Below, in pieces: positions 39,799 to 53,915 of a stretch of DNA of 64,000 bases (positions within the stretch are counted from its first letter, which is position 1; every line of letters begins with the position of its first letter). A program made the position numbers and the translations under genes. The stretch covers positions 63,542 through 127,541 of the forward strand of contig JBNGDF010000007.1 in NCBI GenBank assembly GCA_049975265.1, read 5' to 3'. Origin of the DNA: Fidelibacterota bacterium. GTDB taxonomy: Bacteria; Fidelibacterota; UBA2242. Below the pieces are notes generated by a model. That model was not told where the DNA came from, searched no databases, and saw nothing but the letters and a program-made list of their open reading frames with translations.

Positions 39799-40775
39799 TT
39801 CACCATAATCCCGTAACGTAAAATATCATGAATATGAATAATCCCTGTAGGGATGCCAGTCTGATGACCGTTAAATACAAACAGATTGGTGACGGCATAT
39901 TTTTCCATCTGGATAAGGGCATCAATTGCCAGCGTCCGGGAATTGACGAATTTCGGATTTTTGCTCATAATCGCAGCAGGTGACTGTTTGAAAAAATCGT
40001 CGGTCTGTTCCAGTCCGCGCCGCAAATCGCCATCGGTGATGACGCCCACCAGACGCCCACTCTGATCGAGAATTCCCACGACTCCCAAACCTTTCTGGGT
40101 CATGGTAAACAGCACCTGTTTCATGCTCTCATTGATGGCAGCCAGCGGAATCTCATCACCGGTATGCATCAGATCCCCCACTGTCGTCAACAGACGCCTC
40201 CCCAGTGAGCCGCCGGGATGCAAGCCGGCAAAATCCAACTCCTTGAACCGGCGTTTATTCATCAATGCAATCGCCAGGGCATCACCCATTGCCAGCGTCA
40301 CGATCGTGCTGGCGGTCGGGACAATCCCCATGGGACAGGCTTCGGAAGATACTCCGGTGTCAATGACCAGATCACATTTTTTTGCCAGTGATGACGTGGT
40401 ATTCCCGACAAAACCGATAATGGGCACCTTGCGTTTTCTTAAATAGGGCAAAAGATACAGCACTTCGCTGGTTTCACCGCTGTTGGAAATGACAATCACG
40501 GCGTCTTTCTGACCGACGCTTCCCAGGTCGCCATGTCCGGCTTCGTAGGCATGGATAAAAAAACTGGGTGTACCGGTAGACGCCAGCGTCGCGGCAATTT
40601 TACGCCCTACCAGACCCGATTTTCCAACGCCGGTAATGATAACCTTACCCCTGATCCCGAACAGCAATTCCACCATCTCCCGAAACGTATCGTCGATCCG
40701 TTTCTCCAGTTGAGCAATGGCAGTAGATTCGGCGCGAATCAGTCCGATGGCGATTTTCAGGTATGATTCCGGCAT
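39795..40775 (-). CDS. kdsD: Arabinose-5-phosphate isomerase (SIS + CBS)
   Basis: GVGKSG, HGDLG, SNSGET, HPGGSLG, TDGDLRR. Confidence 0.93.
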   Translation of the reverse strand: MPESYLKIAIGLIRAESTAIAQLEKRIDDTFREMVELLFGIRGKVIITGVGKSGLVGRKIAATLASTGTPSFFIHAYEAGHGDLGSVGQKDAVIVISNSGETSEVLYLLPYLRKRKVPIIGFVGNTTSSLAKKCDLVIDTGVSSEACPMGIVPTASTIVTLAMGDALAIALMNKRRFKELDFAGLHPGGSLGRRLLTTVGDLMHTGDEIPLAAINESMKQVLFTMTQKGLGVVGILDQSGRLVGVITDGDLRRGLEQTDDFFKQSPAAIMSKNPKFVNSRTLAIDALIQMEKYAVTNLFVFNGHQTGIPTGIIHIHDILRYGIMVK

Positions 40776-40776
40776 T

Positions 40777-41320
40777 TTAATAATCCTTGTAGGTATGCTT
40801 GTTGAGTGCTTCCACCGCAGAAATGTACTTATCCTGGGCTGTCAAAAGCAAATCGATAATTTCCCGCACCGCTCCTGCGCCGCCCTCTTTACGGGTCACA
40901 TAATCCGCTACGTCTTTGACACCGGGATGGGCATTGGCGACGGCAACGCCGACACCGGCACGCCGAATCAATGGCAGATCTACCAGGTCATCACCGACAT
41001 AAAGGATTTCCGCATCCTTCAGACCATGCGCCGCCCGAATCTTTCGGTAGGGCTCTAACTTCGCCAAATTACCCTGATAAAGATGCTCCGCAAGACCGAT
41101 TTCACGCATCCGCTCGGTGGTGATCGCAGAATTCCGACCGGAAATCACCGCCATGGGAAAATTCACCGCTTTCAGCAGGGCGATCCCGGCTCCATCCAAA
41201 ACATGAAAACGCTTGAACTCTTCACCCTTCGGTCCGATGTACAGTGAACCATCCGTAAAAACACCGTCCACATCGGAAATGATCAACCGGATCTGCTTCA
41301 ATTTTTCTGTTAATAAATTC

Positions 41321-41328
<8 letters not shown>
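40777..41328 (-). CDS. kdsC: KDO 8-phosphate phosphatase
   Basis: DVDGVFTDG, GDDLVD, GGAGAVRE. Confidence 0.93.
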
Positions 41329-44496
<3,168 letters not shown>

Positions 44497-44755
44497 TTCA
44501 TCAATCCCTTTAGGGTTCGAAACCGTCATGGATTGTTTCGCTCTCCTAGATAGTCGCAACGGCTATTTTCGGCTGAATGTCTGTTCACCAAGGACCCCCG
44601 CTTTTCCCATCTCGCTAACACGCCGGGCAATTTACAATTTTTACCTTCTTAAAGCAAGCAAACCCATAAAATGGCACAATTGTTGTTGCGACACTATTTC
44701 ACATCAGTAAAAGTGTCCTGGAAACGAAAGCAAAGAGTGTATCAGTGGGTCAGTC

Positions 44756-45286
44756 TCAGCCGAGTATCCGGAGGAGCTGGATGGTAAAGAGTATTACCGA
44801 TGAAATCAGACCGACAAAAAAGAACTGGTAACTGTATTTTAAAAATTTATATTTCCGGTTTTTCAGTACCACGCCCAGCTGATAGAGATTTTTTAACTGA
44901 GCCCGGTAAATAGAGCGGCTGCTGTCGAAGACCTTATCCATCATATCGTAATATTCGTCAGGAGTAAACCGGGTGAAGTGCCCGAAAAAGAGCGGATTGA
45001 CGTTATCAATGCTGCGTTCCCCTTTTTTCGCTTCATAAGAGGGGTAGACTGCCATAATCGCAAAAATCAGGGCGATCAGCGAAAATGCTGCCAGACAGAC
45101 AAATCCCCACAGCATCTCCTCCATTTTGAAATTCGTCAACGAAATTGTGAATAGAATCGAGGTTGCCGCGATGATATTCGCCTTCTGGTCTGCCATCACG
45201 CTCAACTGAAAATGGTACTGCTGTGTCGTTCGCAGGAGTGGATTTATATCATCGCTTAATGGTCTGTTTTCACTGTCTGTAGTCAT
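44756..45286 (-). CDS. Pycsar effector-like (PycTM/DUF5706) membrane protein
   Basis: LSVMADQKANI, AVYP, NPLFFGHF, LYQLG.VL..RKYKFLKYSY.FF. Confidence 0.8.
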   Translation of the reverse strand: MTTDSENRPLSDDINPLLRTTQQYHFQLSVMADQKANIIAATSILFTISLTNFKMEEMLWGFVCLAAFSLIALIFAIMAVYPSYEAKKGERSIDNVNPLFFGHFTRFTPDEYYDMMDKVFDSSRSIYRAQLKNLYQLGVVLKNRKYKFLKYSYQFFFVGLISSVILFTIQLLRILG

Positions 45287-45308
45287 GCCTTATACCTCCG
45301 ATTGTTTT

Positions 45309-46943
45309 CTACATGCGTTCGGGAGCGCTGATCCCCAAAAGTCTGAGACCGTTCGCCAGGACGATTCGGACTGCTCGGACGAGGTCCAGCCGGGCTTTGC
45401 TCAGCTCCCGGTTTTTTGATATTACGCGATGCACGGTATAAAATTTATGAAATGTTGCCGCCAGTTTATGCAGGTAGCTTGTCAGCGGTTGCGGCTCCAA
45501 CGTCTCCCCGCAGTTCAGGCATACTTCGGAAAATTCGCCCAGTGTAGTGAGCAGCGCGATGGTCTCCTCTTCCCCGAGCAGACTGAGATTGCCCCGCTGA
45601 TCGTCGCTGAATCCTTTTACTTTAGCATTGCGCAGGATGCTGCAAATCCGGGCGTGGGCATATTGCAAATAAAAAACCGGATTCTCATCACTCTCCGTCT
45701 TCGCCAGCGCCAGATCAAAATTCAGGTGACTCGTCATTCCCCGCATGACAAAGAAATACCGCACCACATCCTTTCCGACCTCCTCGATCAATTCGCGGAG
45801 GGTGACATAATTGGCTTGACGGGTGGACATCTTGATTTTTTCACCACTCCGGGTGAGGGTGACAAATTGGTGAATCAGCACCCGAATCCGTTCGGTCTCG
45901 TAACCAAGCGCTTGCAGCCCGGCTAAAACATCAGGATAGGTCGCATGGTGATCGGCACCAAAAATATCAACGAGCAGATCGTAACCGCGTTTGATTTTGG
46001 TCTCATGATAGGCAATATCCGGCAGGCGGTAGGTGGCTTCATCCACGACACTTTTCCACAGCACCCGGTCGTCGCCGGAGCCGTACTCGCCGGCTCGGAA
46101 CCAGACGGCGCCGTCCTTTTCATAAGTGGCACCCCGTTCCGCCAGACGCCTCAATACATCATCAATCAATCCGTCTTCATAAAGACTTTTTTCATTGTAA
46201 TAGGAATTAAAAACGATGTCCAGCTGCGCCAGCGTATCACGGATATCGGTAAACACCGCCTCCTCGGCGGATTGCCGAAAAATTTCATGTTCTGGTCGTC
46301 CATCGTATTTGTCACCGTGCTGATCCAGTATGCGGCGGGCAATTTCCCGAATATATTCACCCTGATAATGCTCTTTTGTCAGCTTGTCAGCATAGCCAAG
46401 AAGCTGCCGGTAGCGGATGTAGACCGACTGTCCCAGAATCCGCATCTGCCGACCGGCATCGTTATAATAATATTCACGATCCACCGCAAAGCCGTTCCAT
46501 TCCAGGATACGGGCAACCGTATCGCCCAGCACAGCCTGACGTCCATGCCCCACCGTCAGCGGTCCGGTGGGATTGGCGCTGACGAATTCCACCAGCACTC
46601 TCCGCCCCTTACCGATGTCGTTGCGACCAAAAGTGTCCCCTTTTGACAGAACCTGCGTGACAACTTTCCGGAATGCCGCCGGGGCAATAAAAAAATTGAT
46701 AAATCCCGGAGGAGCAATTTCAATCTTCTCGATCAAATCCGGTTGCTCCCGGATCGAGTCGCGAATCTCCTTAGCAATCCGGAGCGGCGGTTTACGCAGC
46801 CGGCTGCTTAGAACCAGGGCAAGATTCGTGGTAAAATGACCGTGCTCCGGACGGCGCGATCGTTCCAGGGTAATCTCACCGTCATATCCGATCTTTAAAT
46901 CGGTCAATCCCTGACGAATCAGCTTCTGTAAATATTCGATCAT
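45309..46943 (-). CDS. argS: Arginine--tRNA ligase
   Basis: EFVSANPTGPLTVGHGR, GADHH, KMSTR, YLQYAHARICS, APERM. Confidence 0.97.
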   Translation of the reverse strand: MIEYLQKLIRQGLTDLKIGYDGEITLERSRRPEHGHFTTNLALVLSSRLRKPPLRIAKEIRDSIREQPDLIEKIEIAPPGFINFFIAPAAFRKVVTQVLSKGDTFGRNDIGKGRRVLVEFVSANPTGPLTVGHGRQAVLGDTVARILEWNGFAVDREYYYNDAGRQMRILGQSVYIRYRQLLGYADKLTKEHYQGEYIREIARRILDQHGDKYDGRPEHEIFRQSAEEAVFTDIRDTLAQLDIVFNSYYNEKSLYEDGLIDDVLRRLAERGATYEKDGAVWFRAGEYGSGDDRVLWKSVVDEATYRLPDIAYHETKIKRGYDLLVDIFGADHHATYPDVLAGLQALGYETERIRVLIHQFVTLTRSGEKIKMSTRQANYVTLRELIEEVGKDVVRYFFVMRGMTSHLNFDLALAKTESDENPVFYLQYAHARICSILRNAKVKGFSDDQRGNLSLLGEEETIALLTTLGEFSEVCLNCGETLEPQPLTSYLHKLAATFHKFYTVHRVISKNRELSKARLDLVRAVRIVLANGLRLLGISAPERM

Positions 46944-47032
46944 ATTCCTCTCAATCTGTCAGCGTTCTAATTTACACTAACGCTATCTTTCTCGCAATTA
47001 AAGAACGGAATAGCGGGTAAAGGTGTAAACCG

Positions 47033-48085
47033 CTAACGATTTTCGAAACCGGGTGCCACGTTTCCGGTAATAATGATCTCTCCGTCATCGGGAATTGCAT
47101 CAAACATGATATACCGGACCATATCAACGGTGATTACCCGTGAGTTCGTCCGTCGCTCGCCCTGCTTCACAGTCGCCGCCAGCCAGTCGTCGGGCAATGG
47201 TCGGCGGATCGTAATCGGATGGTTATACATTTCATTATCCAGGGTGTCGGTTACCCGGACCACAATGCGATTCTCATGACATCCGGTCTCAATCACCGAA
47301 ACAGCATTTCGCTCCCTGATATAACGTACCACATCAACAAAAGTAGCCACCCAAAAGGTCTCGCGGTTGGTATCCAGATATTTCAGACTCCGGCGCAGCG
47401 CGCGGGAAGAGGTTGGTGACCAACCGTCATTTTCATGATCAAGGGCATGAATTAGATAGACACACCAGCCGTTTGCAGACGCCGCCCGGTCGGCTCTCCT
47501 GCGGAAATCCCAACCGGTTTGAACGGAACCGTTCGAGCCGCAGATAATGGAACTGATATTCAGAAAGTTATCAGGATTATTCGATTCAATATAGCCCTGA
47601 CATGCCCGCGCTGCAAGATAATATTCGGCGCAGATTGAATCATCGCCCGCCACACAATAGGGGTAGGCGATGGTCAGACATTTCTGACTGGTCACCTGAG
47701 CATCGATCTCGTCCCGGGAATTCTTCAGTTCGGCGATTTGCGCCTCCTCATTCAGTTCATCAAGATGGGGATGGCTAACGGTATGACTGGCAATCTCATG
47801 CCCCCGGGCAACAGCCCGGCGCAGGGCATTCCAGTCGGGTGACCAATCGGTAACGGTAAACAGAGTAAGCGGAAATCCGAATTCATCGAACAGCGGAACG
47901 GCAATCGCCAATTGGTTGGGACAACCATCATCAAAGGTATAGCTAATCGCCGCCTGCCGAAAACCCCACCAGGTCGCGACTTCATAAGGCGTATCCACCG
48001 TTTGCGAAAAGAGCCATTGTCCGGCTACAACGGTAATGAAAATCAACTTTAATCGGATAACAGTAAGTCTGTTAAGAGTCTTCAG
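47033..48085 (-). CDS. Exported polysaccharide deacetylase (NodB/CE4) family protein
   Basis: SYTFDDG, GHEIASHTVSHP, AYPYC; start codon uncertain (near the rsfS stop). Confidence 0.8.
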   Translation of the reverse strand: MKTLNRLTVIRLKLIFITVVAGQWLFSQTVDTPYEVATWWGFRQAAISYTFDDGCPNQLAIAVPLFDEFGFPLTLFTVTDWSPDWNALRRAVARGHEIASHTVSHPHLDELNEEAQIAELKNSRDEIDAQVTSQKCLTIAYPYCVAGDDSICAEYYLAARACQGYIESNNPDNFLNISSIICGSNGSVQTGWDFRRRADRAASANGWCVYLIHALDHENDGWSPTSSRALRRSLKYLDTNRETFWVATFVDVVRYIRERNAVSVIETGCHENRIVVRVTDTLDNEMYNHPITIRRPLPDDWLAATVKQGERRTNSRVITVDMVRYIMFDAIPDDGEIIITGNVAPGFENR

Positions 48086-48452
48086 AACGAATTCTTTCCA
48101 GCGGTGCGTCCGCCCAGAGTCGTTCGATGTTATAATAATCACGGGTCTCTTTTTGAAAAACATGCACCACAAAATCCACGTAATCCATCAGAACCCAGTG
48201 TAGATGCTGATAGCCTTCGATATGCCAGGGTTTTATGTCGCGCTTCAACTCCTTTTTTATCTCATCGGCAATGGCTTTGACGTGGACATCCACATCACCG
48301 GTACAGATAATGAAGTAGTCGGTGACGGAGGTCAGCTCTTTCAGAGATAAAATAATAATATCCTCCGCTTTTTTATTTTGCGCCGCCAGCGCGGCTTTCT
48401 TAACCAGCGAATAGATATTATCCTGTGATTTTTTGGGTACCTTCGGCGTCAT
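48072..48452 (-). CDS. rsfS: Ribosome silencing factor
   Basis: KKAEDI, DYFIICTG, WVLMDY.DFVVHVF...R.YY.IERLW. Confidence 0.95.
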   Translation of the reverse strand: MTPKVPKKSQDNIYSLVKKAALAAQNKKAEDIIILSLKELTSVTDYFIICTGDVDVHVKAIADEIKKELKRDIKPWHIEGYQHLHWVLMDYVDFVVHVFQKETRDYYNIERLWADAPLERIRSEDS

Positions 48453-48457
48453 GCGGC

Positions 48458-49006
48458 TCAGTAGATTTCCCTCAGCGCAAGGACTTTCTGGTACACCGGT
48501 AACTGACTGTAATCCTTGCCCAGAATCAGCGTCATATCAACATGCAGGGAGGGATCGGTATCGGTCTGGAGCCTTTCCGGATGCAGTGCAAGCACCTCAT
48601 TAACCTCCCGGACCTTTTCGGAATTGTTTACCCGTTCGATCAAAAGTGTGTGGGGATAATTCATGTGGTCGGCATTACCGGTGTAGATGACATCGAAACC
48701 TTCTGAGCGTAAATAATTGGTAAATTTCTGAGCTAATCCGGAAGTCCCGCAGCCGTTCAGTACCTCCAGTACTGCCGTCTGCTCCGGCATCATGACGGGA
48801 TTAACCTCACTCACCTGGCTCAGAACAACTTTGCTGGGATTTTGAACCAGACGTTTTCCCATGGAGAAGATAAAGCCCAGAATGACCACCGAGAGAGAGA
48901 AAATCGCCAGATTCAGAAGCCACTTCTGAATGTCGGGGTTGTGGATTTTTTTACCTTTTTGTTGCTTATAACCGGCTCTTTTTACCGTCTTTCTGTTTGC
49001 CACCAC
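48458..49006 (-). CDS. Membrane-anchored LytR C-terminal domain protein
   Basis: One TM; EVLNGCGTSGLA, GNAD, LILGKDY. Confidence 0.85.
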   Translation of the reverse strand: MVANRKTVKRAGYKQQKGKKIHNPDIQKWLLNLAIFSLSVVILGFIFSMGKRLVQNPSKVVLSQVSEVNPVMMPEQTAVLEVLNGCGTSGLAQKFTNYLRSEGFDVIYTGNADHMNYPHTLLIERVNNSEKVREVNEVLALHPERLQTDTDPSLHVDMTLILGKDYSQLPVYQKVLALREIY

Positions 49007-49015
49007 TTTCCCTGT

Positions 49016-49501
49016 TTAATAATACGAATAACCATAAGGATAAAAGCCACTGCGGTAATAATACGGGCATTTATCAAAGCGAATGTTGAAATGAAGATTT
49101 TCTTTCGGCGTATAATTCAGATCAAATCCGTAAATCAGGTTATCCATCATGGTGGTCTGCTGATTGGAATAGTCGCCGATGCCCAGCGGATTGTGCATAA
49201 ATCCCAGGCGTGCCCGCATCATCAGCTTATCGGAAAAGAGGTAGGTCATCTGATTCTGGTAGATTCCCATCGATGTACCGCCGCCGAAAGTCGAATAGCT
49301 CAGCGAATAGGACTGATCCATGAAAAAACGATTGGAATCAATAAAACTCAGCACCGAGTTATTCGTCGACCGCACACCGGGAATCTGAATGGCATCCTCT
49401 ACCGCCAGCGGTTTCGGTAACTGACTTTTTAATTGCGCCTGCAGGGGCAAGATACCTCCTGCCAGCATGACAATTGCAATAAAAGTCATTGATTTTCGCA
49501 T
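49016..49501 (-). CDS. Hypothetical exported protein (small beta-rich)
   Basis: Signal peptide; QSYSLSYS..GG...GIYQN beta-strand pattern. Confidence 0.7.
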   Translation of the reverse strand: MRKSMTFIAIVMLAGGILPLQAQLKSQLPKPLAVEDAIQIPGVRSTNNSVLSFIDSNRFFMDQSYSLSYSTFGGGTSMGIYQNQMTYLFSDKLMMRARLGFMHNPLGIGDYSNQQTTMMDNLIYGFDLNYTPKENLHFNIRFDKCPYYYRSGFYPYGYSYY

Positions 49502-49658
49502 TCTCTGATCACCTTCTCGCATCGTTTTGAATCACAACTCATTTTAAGGGATTTGCCGGAGTTTGTCAAGGGCTAAGACCGGTAATTCTGCCGCCAATTC
49601 CCATTTTTTCAATAACCTTTTATCTGTAACCGCCAATTACGGGAAAAGTTCCTCTCAA

Positions 49659-50504
49659 TCAGAGCCTCAGCTCCACGTTGTCAATCAGACGCGTCTTCCC
49701 AAACCAGACAGCCACCGCAAGGAAAACATCCGGCTCGACTTGGGCAACCTGTTTCAGGTCTGCTTCCCTGACAATCTCAATATATTCAATCCGTGCCAGA
49801 GGTGCCGTCTCGATCTTCTCCCGTACGGCTTTTTGAATAACCTCTGCCTCCCGGATTCCTCCGGCTGTCATCTTCCGCGCCTGTTGCAATGCCTGATAAA
49901 TCACCGGTGCCTGGCTTCGCTCCGAGGCAGACAGGTAGGTATTCCGGGAACTCATCGCCAGCCCGTCGGATTCCCGCACAATCGGTGCAATGAGGATTTT
50001 CACCGGAAAATTCAAATCCTCGGTCATCCGCCGGATAATGATCGCCTGCTGGGCATCCTTTCTCCCGAATACCGCCACATCGGGCTGGACAATGTTAAAC
50101 AGCTTTGTCACTATGGTGGCTACCCCGCGAAAATGAGTTGGTCGCGATTTCCCACACAGCACCCGGGACAGATTTTCGGTAACCACATAGGTAAAAAATG
50201 GTTGGGGATACATTTCTTCGGCAGCAGGATAAAAGAGAATGTCCGCGCCCCGTTCTGCAGCGAGACGTTCGTCCCGGGAAAAATCCCGGGGATAACGCTC
50301 CAGGTCTTCATTGGGTCCGAATTGGGTCGGATTCACAAACAGACTGACCACAACAACATCCGCATGGGGACGAATGAAGTCAATAAGGGACAGATGCCCT
50401 TCATGAAAATAGCCCATGGTCGGCACCAGTCCAATCCGCTTCCCCTTTTTTTTCGACGTACTCACGACCTTTCTGATCTCATCAATCGTCTTGACAACCC
50501 GCAT
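49659..50504 (-). CDS. panC: Pantoate--beta-alanine ligase
   Basis: VPTMGYFHEGH, FVNPTQF, HFRGV, GLAMSSRN, RLIDN. Confidence 0.97.
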   Translation of the reverse strand: MRVVKTIDEIRKVVSTSKKKGKRIGLVPTMGYFHEGHLSLIDFIRPHADVVVVSLFVNPTQFGPNEDLERYPRDFSRDERLAAERGADILFYPAAEEMYPQPFFTYVVTENLSRVLCGKSRPTHFRGVATIVTKLFNIVQPDVAVFGRKDAQQAIIIRRMTEDLNFPVKILIAPIVRESDGLAMSSRNTYLSASERSQAPVIYQALQQARKMTAGGIREAEVIQKAVREKIETAPLARIEYIEIVREADLKQVAQVEPDVFLAVAVWFGKTRLIDNVELRL

Positions 50505-50514
50505 CGTTTCTGTC

Positions 50515-51315
50515 CTAATAACTTTCATCCTCTTTCGGAAAATTCACATCGGCGACGTCCCGGCAATACTGCCTGACGGCACTGCGAACCTGTTCGGCGA
50601 GATTGGCATATCGGCGTACAAATTTGAAACGGACCTTATCGTACAGACCCAGCATATCATAGGAGACCAGTATCTGACCGTCGCAGTCCGGTCCGGCGCC
50701 GATCCCAATCGTGGGAATCGTCAGTACTTCCGAAATCTCCTTAGCCAGCCGGCTCGGCACCTTTTCAAGCACCAGGGCAAAGATTCCCGCATCCTGCAGC
50801 GCCAGGGCATCCCGTTTCAACCTTTCCGCCTCGGCAGAATCTCTGCCGCGGACACCGTATCCGCCAAATTCATGTACGCTTTGCGGTGTAAACCCCAGAT
50901 GCCCCACAACAGGAATCCCAATACTTACCATGCGCTGAACCACCGAACAGATATGCTCACCACCCTCCACTTTCACTGCTTCAGCACCACCCTCTTTCAT
51001 TAAACGTCCGGCGTTTTGCAGCCCCTTCTCGACAGTCTCCTGATAAGACATAAAGGGCATATCAGCGACCAGTAGGGCACGTTTAACACCCTGACGGACG
51101 GAGCGGGTATGATAAATTATTTCGTCCATGGTCACCGGCAGGGTCGTCTCATACCCGGCACAGACATTTCCACAGGAGTCACCTACCAGAATCAGATCCA
51201 CTCCCGCCTCATCAATCAAATATGCAAACGTATAATCATATGCCGTCAGCGCCGTGATCTTAATCCCGTCCGCTTTTCGTTTTAAAATAGTCGACACCCG
51301 AATTTTTTCACTCAT
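50515..51315 (-). CDS. panB: 3-methyl-2-oxobutanoate hydroxymethyltransferase
   Basis: TAYD, LVGDS, ADMPFMSY, KVEGG, GIGAG..CDGQILV. Confidence 0.97.
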   Translation of the reverse strand: MSEKIRVSTILKRKADGIKITALTAYDYTFAYLIDEAGVDLILVGDSCGNVCAGYETTLPVTMDEIIYHTRSVRQGVKRALLVADMPFMSYQETVEKGLQNAGRLMKEGGAEAVKVEGGEHICSVVQRMVSIGIPVVGHLGFTPQSVHEFGGYGVRGRDSAEAERLKRDALALQDAGIFALVLEKVPSRLAKEISEVLTIPTIGIGAGPDCDGQILVSYDMLGLYDKVRFKFVRRYANLAEQVRSAVRQYCRDVADVNFPKEDESY

Positions 51316-51316
51316 C

Positions 51317-52408
51317 CTAGTACTCCGTCAAATTAGCTGTTTCAATGATGCCCCCCATGATCAGACGGTCGCCCTGATACAGCACCGCCGATTGCCCGGG
51401 CGTCACCGCCCTTTGCCGCTCCTGAAACTCCACCAAATAGTGCTCCTCTTCAACTGCCTCGGCAACCGCCGAAACACCCCGATGATTGTAACGAACTTTG
51501 ACAGTACCCGACACTTTTTCTGTAGCACGAACACTTACCCAGTTGACATTTTTTATCCCCATTCTCCTACTGAACAGCTTTTCACCATCGGCAAGGACCA
51601 CCCGATTGTTCTCAGCGTCAATCTCCTTGACATACTTGCGCACCGTAAAGCCCTTCCGAAATCCCTTGCGCTGACCAATGGTGAAATGATAAAAACCGTC
51701 GTGCCGACCGAGAATCCTGCCGTTCTCATCAACCAGGTCGCCGCTCCCGATTGACGCCAGCTGCTGAGGAAATTCGGACAGTAGAAATTCACGATAGTCA
51801 TTCGCCGGCAAAAAGCAGATATCCTGGCTCTCTTTCGAATTGTCTTCATGCAGTCCAATTCCCTCAGCGAGTGCCCTGACCTCCTCTTTCCGCAGATTTC
51901 CCAACGGAAACAGCGTGCGTTTCAGAGCCCGCTGAGACAGTTGCCAGAGCATATAGGATTGATCTTTGCGGGAATCAATGCCCTTTAAAATTTCAAACCG
52001 TCCAGTTCGAGGATTATGCACGACCCGCACGTAGTGACCGGTTGCAACCAACGGAATATCCAGGCGATCAGCCAACTGCAACAGATACCGCCATTTGATC
52101 ACCCGATTGCAAAAAACACAGGGATTGGGCGTAATCCCGGCAAGATAATCCTCCACAAACCGTTTCACGACCGTTTTTCTGAATTCCTTTTCCAGGTTCA
52201 GCGTATGATGCGGAATACCCAGTCTGACACAGGTATTTTGCGCCCGGTCAACAATCGCCTCAAAATGCGCCGGATCACCGTAACACCAGAGTTTCAGCGT
52301 TACCCCTTCGGGTCGATAACCCTGTTTCTGAAGCAAATAGGCGGCGGCTGTGCTGTCAACGCCGCCACTCATGGCAATCAGGATACGTTTAGCTGCTGTC
52401 CCGTGCAT
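51317..52408 (-). CDS. mnmA: tRNA 2-thiouridylase
   Basis: [37 protein letters not shown]. Confidence 0.96.
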   Translation of the reverse strand: MHGTAAKRILIAMSGGVDSTAAAYLLQKQGYRPEGVTLKLWCYGDPAHFEAIVDRAQNTCVRLGIPHHTLNLEKEFRKTVVKRFVEDYLAGITPNPCVFCNRVIKWRYLLQLADRLDIPLVATGHYVRVVHNPRTGRFEILKGIDSRKDQSYMLWQLSQRALKRTLFPLGNLRKEEVRALAEGIGLHEDNSKESQDICFLPANDYREFLLSEFPQQLASIGSGDLVDENGRILGRHDGFYHFTIGQRKGFRKGFTVRKYVKEIDAENNRVVLADGEKLFSRRMGIKNVNWVSVRATEKVSGTVKVRYNHRGVSAVAEAVEEEHYLVEFQERQRAVTPGQSAVLYQGDRLIMGGIIETANLTEY

Positions 52409-52901
52409 TTTCCTTTTGCCATAAATAAACCATCTCCTCGTGAACGGGAAAGACCATTCGCGGACGTTTCGGAGGCGGATAAAAAACCGCTTCACTGACA
52501 TCATCACCGGGAATTAACCGCTCATCCCCGCGAATGGTGGCACTAAATCCGATAATCAGGACATCCCCGTAGTAGCCGTTCAGGTGTGAACCCACGGAAA
52601 GCAGACGGGGTGCCTGGATTTTGATGCCGATCTCTTCCCGGAGCTCCCGAATGGCGGCTCCAGGCGCGGTTTCACCCATCTCAATAAAACCGCCCGGCAG
52701 ACACCACTCCCCTATGCCCGGCTCCACCCTGCGACGCACCAGTAGAATCCGTCCTTTCCGGTCAGAGAGCACCACCGCAACCGAGGGAATCGGAATCTCG
52801 TACAGTACGACACCGCACTTTTCGCAATACGAACGCTGGCGTCCTTCGATTACCCGCTGGACTGTTCTGGCTCCGCAAATATAACAGTACTGAAATTTCA
52901 T
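52389..52901 (-). CDS. Zn-ribbon NUDIX hydrolase
   Basis: CYICG..CEKCG; Nudix box [23 protein letters not shown]. Confidence 0.9.
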   Translation of the reverse strand: MKFQYCYICGARTVQRVIEGRQRSYCEKCGVVLYEIPIPSVAVVLSDRKGRILLVRRRVEPGIGEWCLPGGFIEMGETAPGAAIRELREEIGIKIQAPRLLSVGSHLNGYYGDVLIIGFSATIRGDERLIPGDDVSEAVFYPPPKRPRMVFPVHEEMVYLWQKENARDSS

Positions 52902-52996
52902 CGCTTTAATTTACCAATGATTTAGGATATTGGAAACAAAATCGAAATTTTGTATCTTCACTCGCAACCTTGACAACCAAGCAGCGGGACACTTTT

Positions 52997-53902
52997 ATGA
53001 ACAGCTCAATCCTTGTAGTCGGCTCCATCGCCTTCGACGATGTGGAAACACCTTTTGGAAAGCGGCTCAATGCTCTCGGCGGCAGCGCATTCTACTTTTC
53101 TTTGGCGGCGTCACCCTTCGCGTCATCCCGGATCGTCGGTATCGCCGGACGGGACTATCCCGAAGCCGCGCTTCAATTGTTGCAAACTCACCGGGTGGAT
53201 ACCCGCGGTCTGACCATTGTCGAGGGCAAAACCTTCCGCTGGGGTGGGGTCTATCATAGCGATGTCAACCAGCGCGACACCCTCTATACGGAACTGAATG
53301 TTTTCGCCGGCTTCAAGCCGGTGATTCCAGCCGAATTCCGCCAGACACCTTTTCTTTTCCTCGGCAATATTCAGCCGTCTCTGCAGCTGGATGTGCTCAG
53401 GCAGATGGACAATCCTAAATATGTTGCTCTGGACACCATGAATCTCTGGATCAATACCGCCCCGGATGAACTGCTATCTGTTATTAAAAAGGTGGATTTG
53501 CTGATCATCAACGACGGCGAGCTGCTGCTGCTGACACGGGAAACCAATCTGCTGAACGGACTCGAAAAACTGCACCAGTTGGGTCCGCACCATATTATTA
53601 TTAAAAAAGGGGAACATGGCGCTTTTCTCAGTTACAATACAGAGCTGTTCTACTCACCCGCCTTCCCCGTCAGCCAGGCGACCGATCCAACCGGCGCCGG
53701 TGACAGCTTTGCCGGCGGTCTTCTGGGTTATCTGAGTACCAGTGATAAGGTAGATTTCACCGCGCTGAAAAAAGCCTTGGTGTACGGCTGTGTTACCGGC
53801 TCCTATGCCGTGGAAGCATTCAGTGCTGACGGTCTGTTGAACTTGACACCAGAGATCATCGAATCCCGGTATCAGGCACTCCGCCGGCTGGTGACAATAT
53901 AG
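52997..53902 (+). CDS. PfkB-family carbohydrate/nucleoside kinase
   Basis: VGSIAFD, LGGSA, DPTGAGDSFAGG. Confidence 0.92.
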   Translation: MNSSILVVGSIAFDDVETPFGKRLNALGGSAFYFSLAASPFASSRIVGIAGRDYPEAALQLLQTHRVDTRGLTIVEGKTFRWGGVYHSDVNQRDTLYTELNVFAGFKPVIPAEFRQTPFLFLGNIQPSLQLDVLRQMDNPKYVALDTMNLWINTAPDELLSVIKKVDLLIINDGELLLLTRETNLLNGLEKLHQLGPHHIIIKKGEHGAFLSYNTELFYSPAFPVSQATDPTGAGDSFAGGLLGYLSTSDKVDFTALKKALVYGCVTGSYAVEAFSADGLLNLTPEIIESRYQALRRLVTI

Positions 53903-53915
53903 CAGGAACTATTAC

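Noticed and set aside
44510..44530. GGGTTCGAAACC resembling a tRNA T-arm
   Set aside because: No cloverleaf in the flanks; it lies in the kdsB leader/start region.
44672..44690. Sigma54-like TGGCAC-N5-TTGT on the plus strand
   Set aside because: The -12 GC is mismatched and no plus-strand gene lies downstream.
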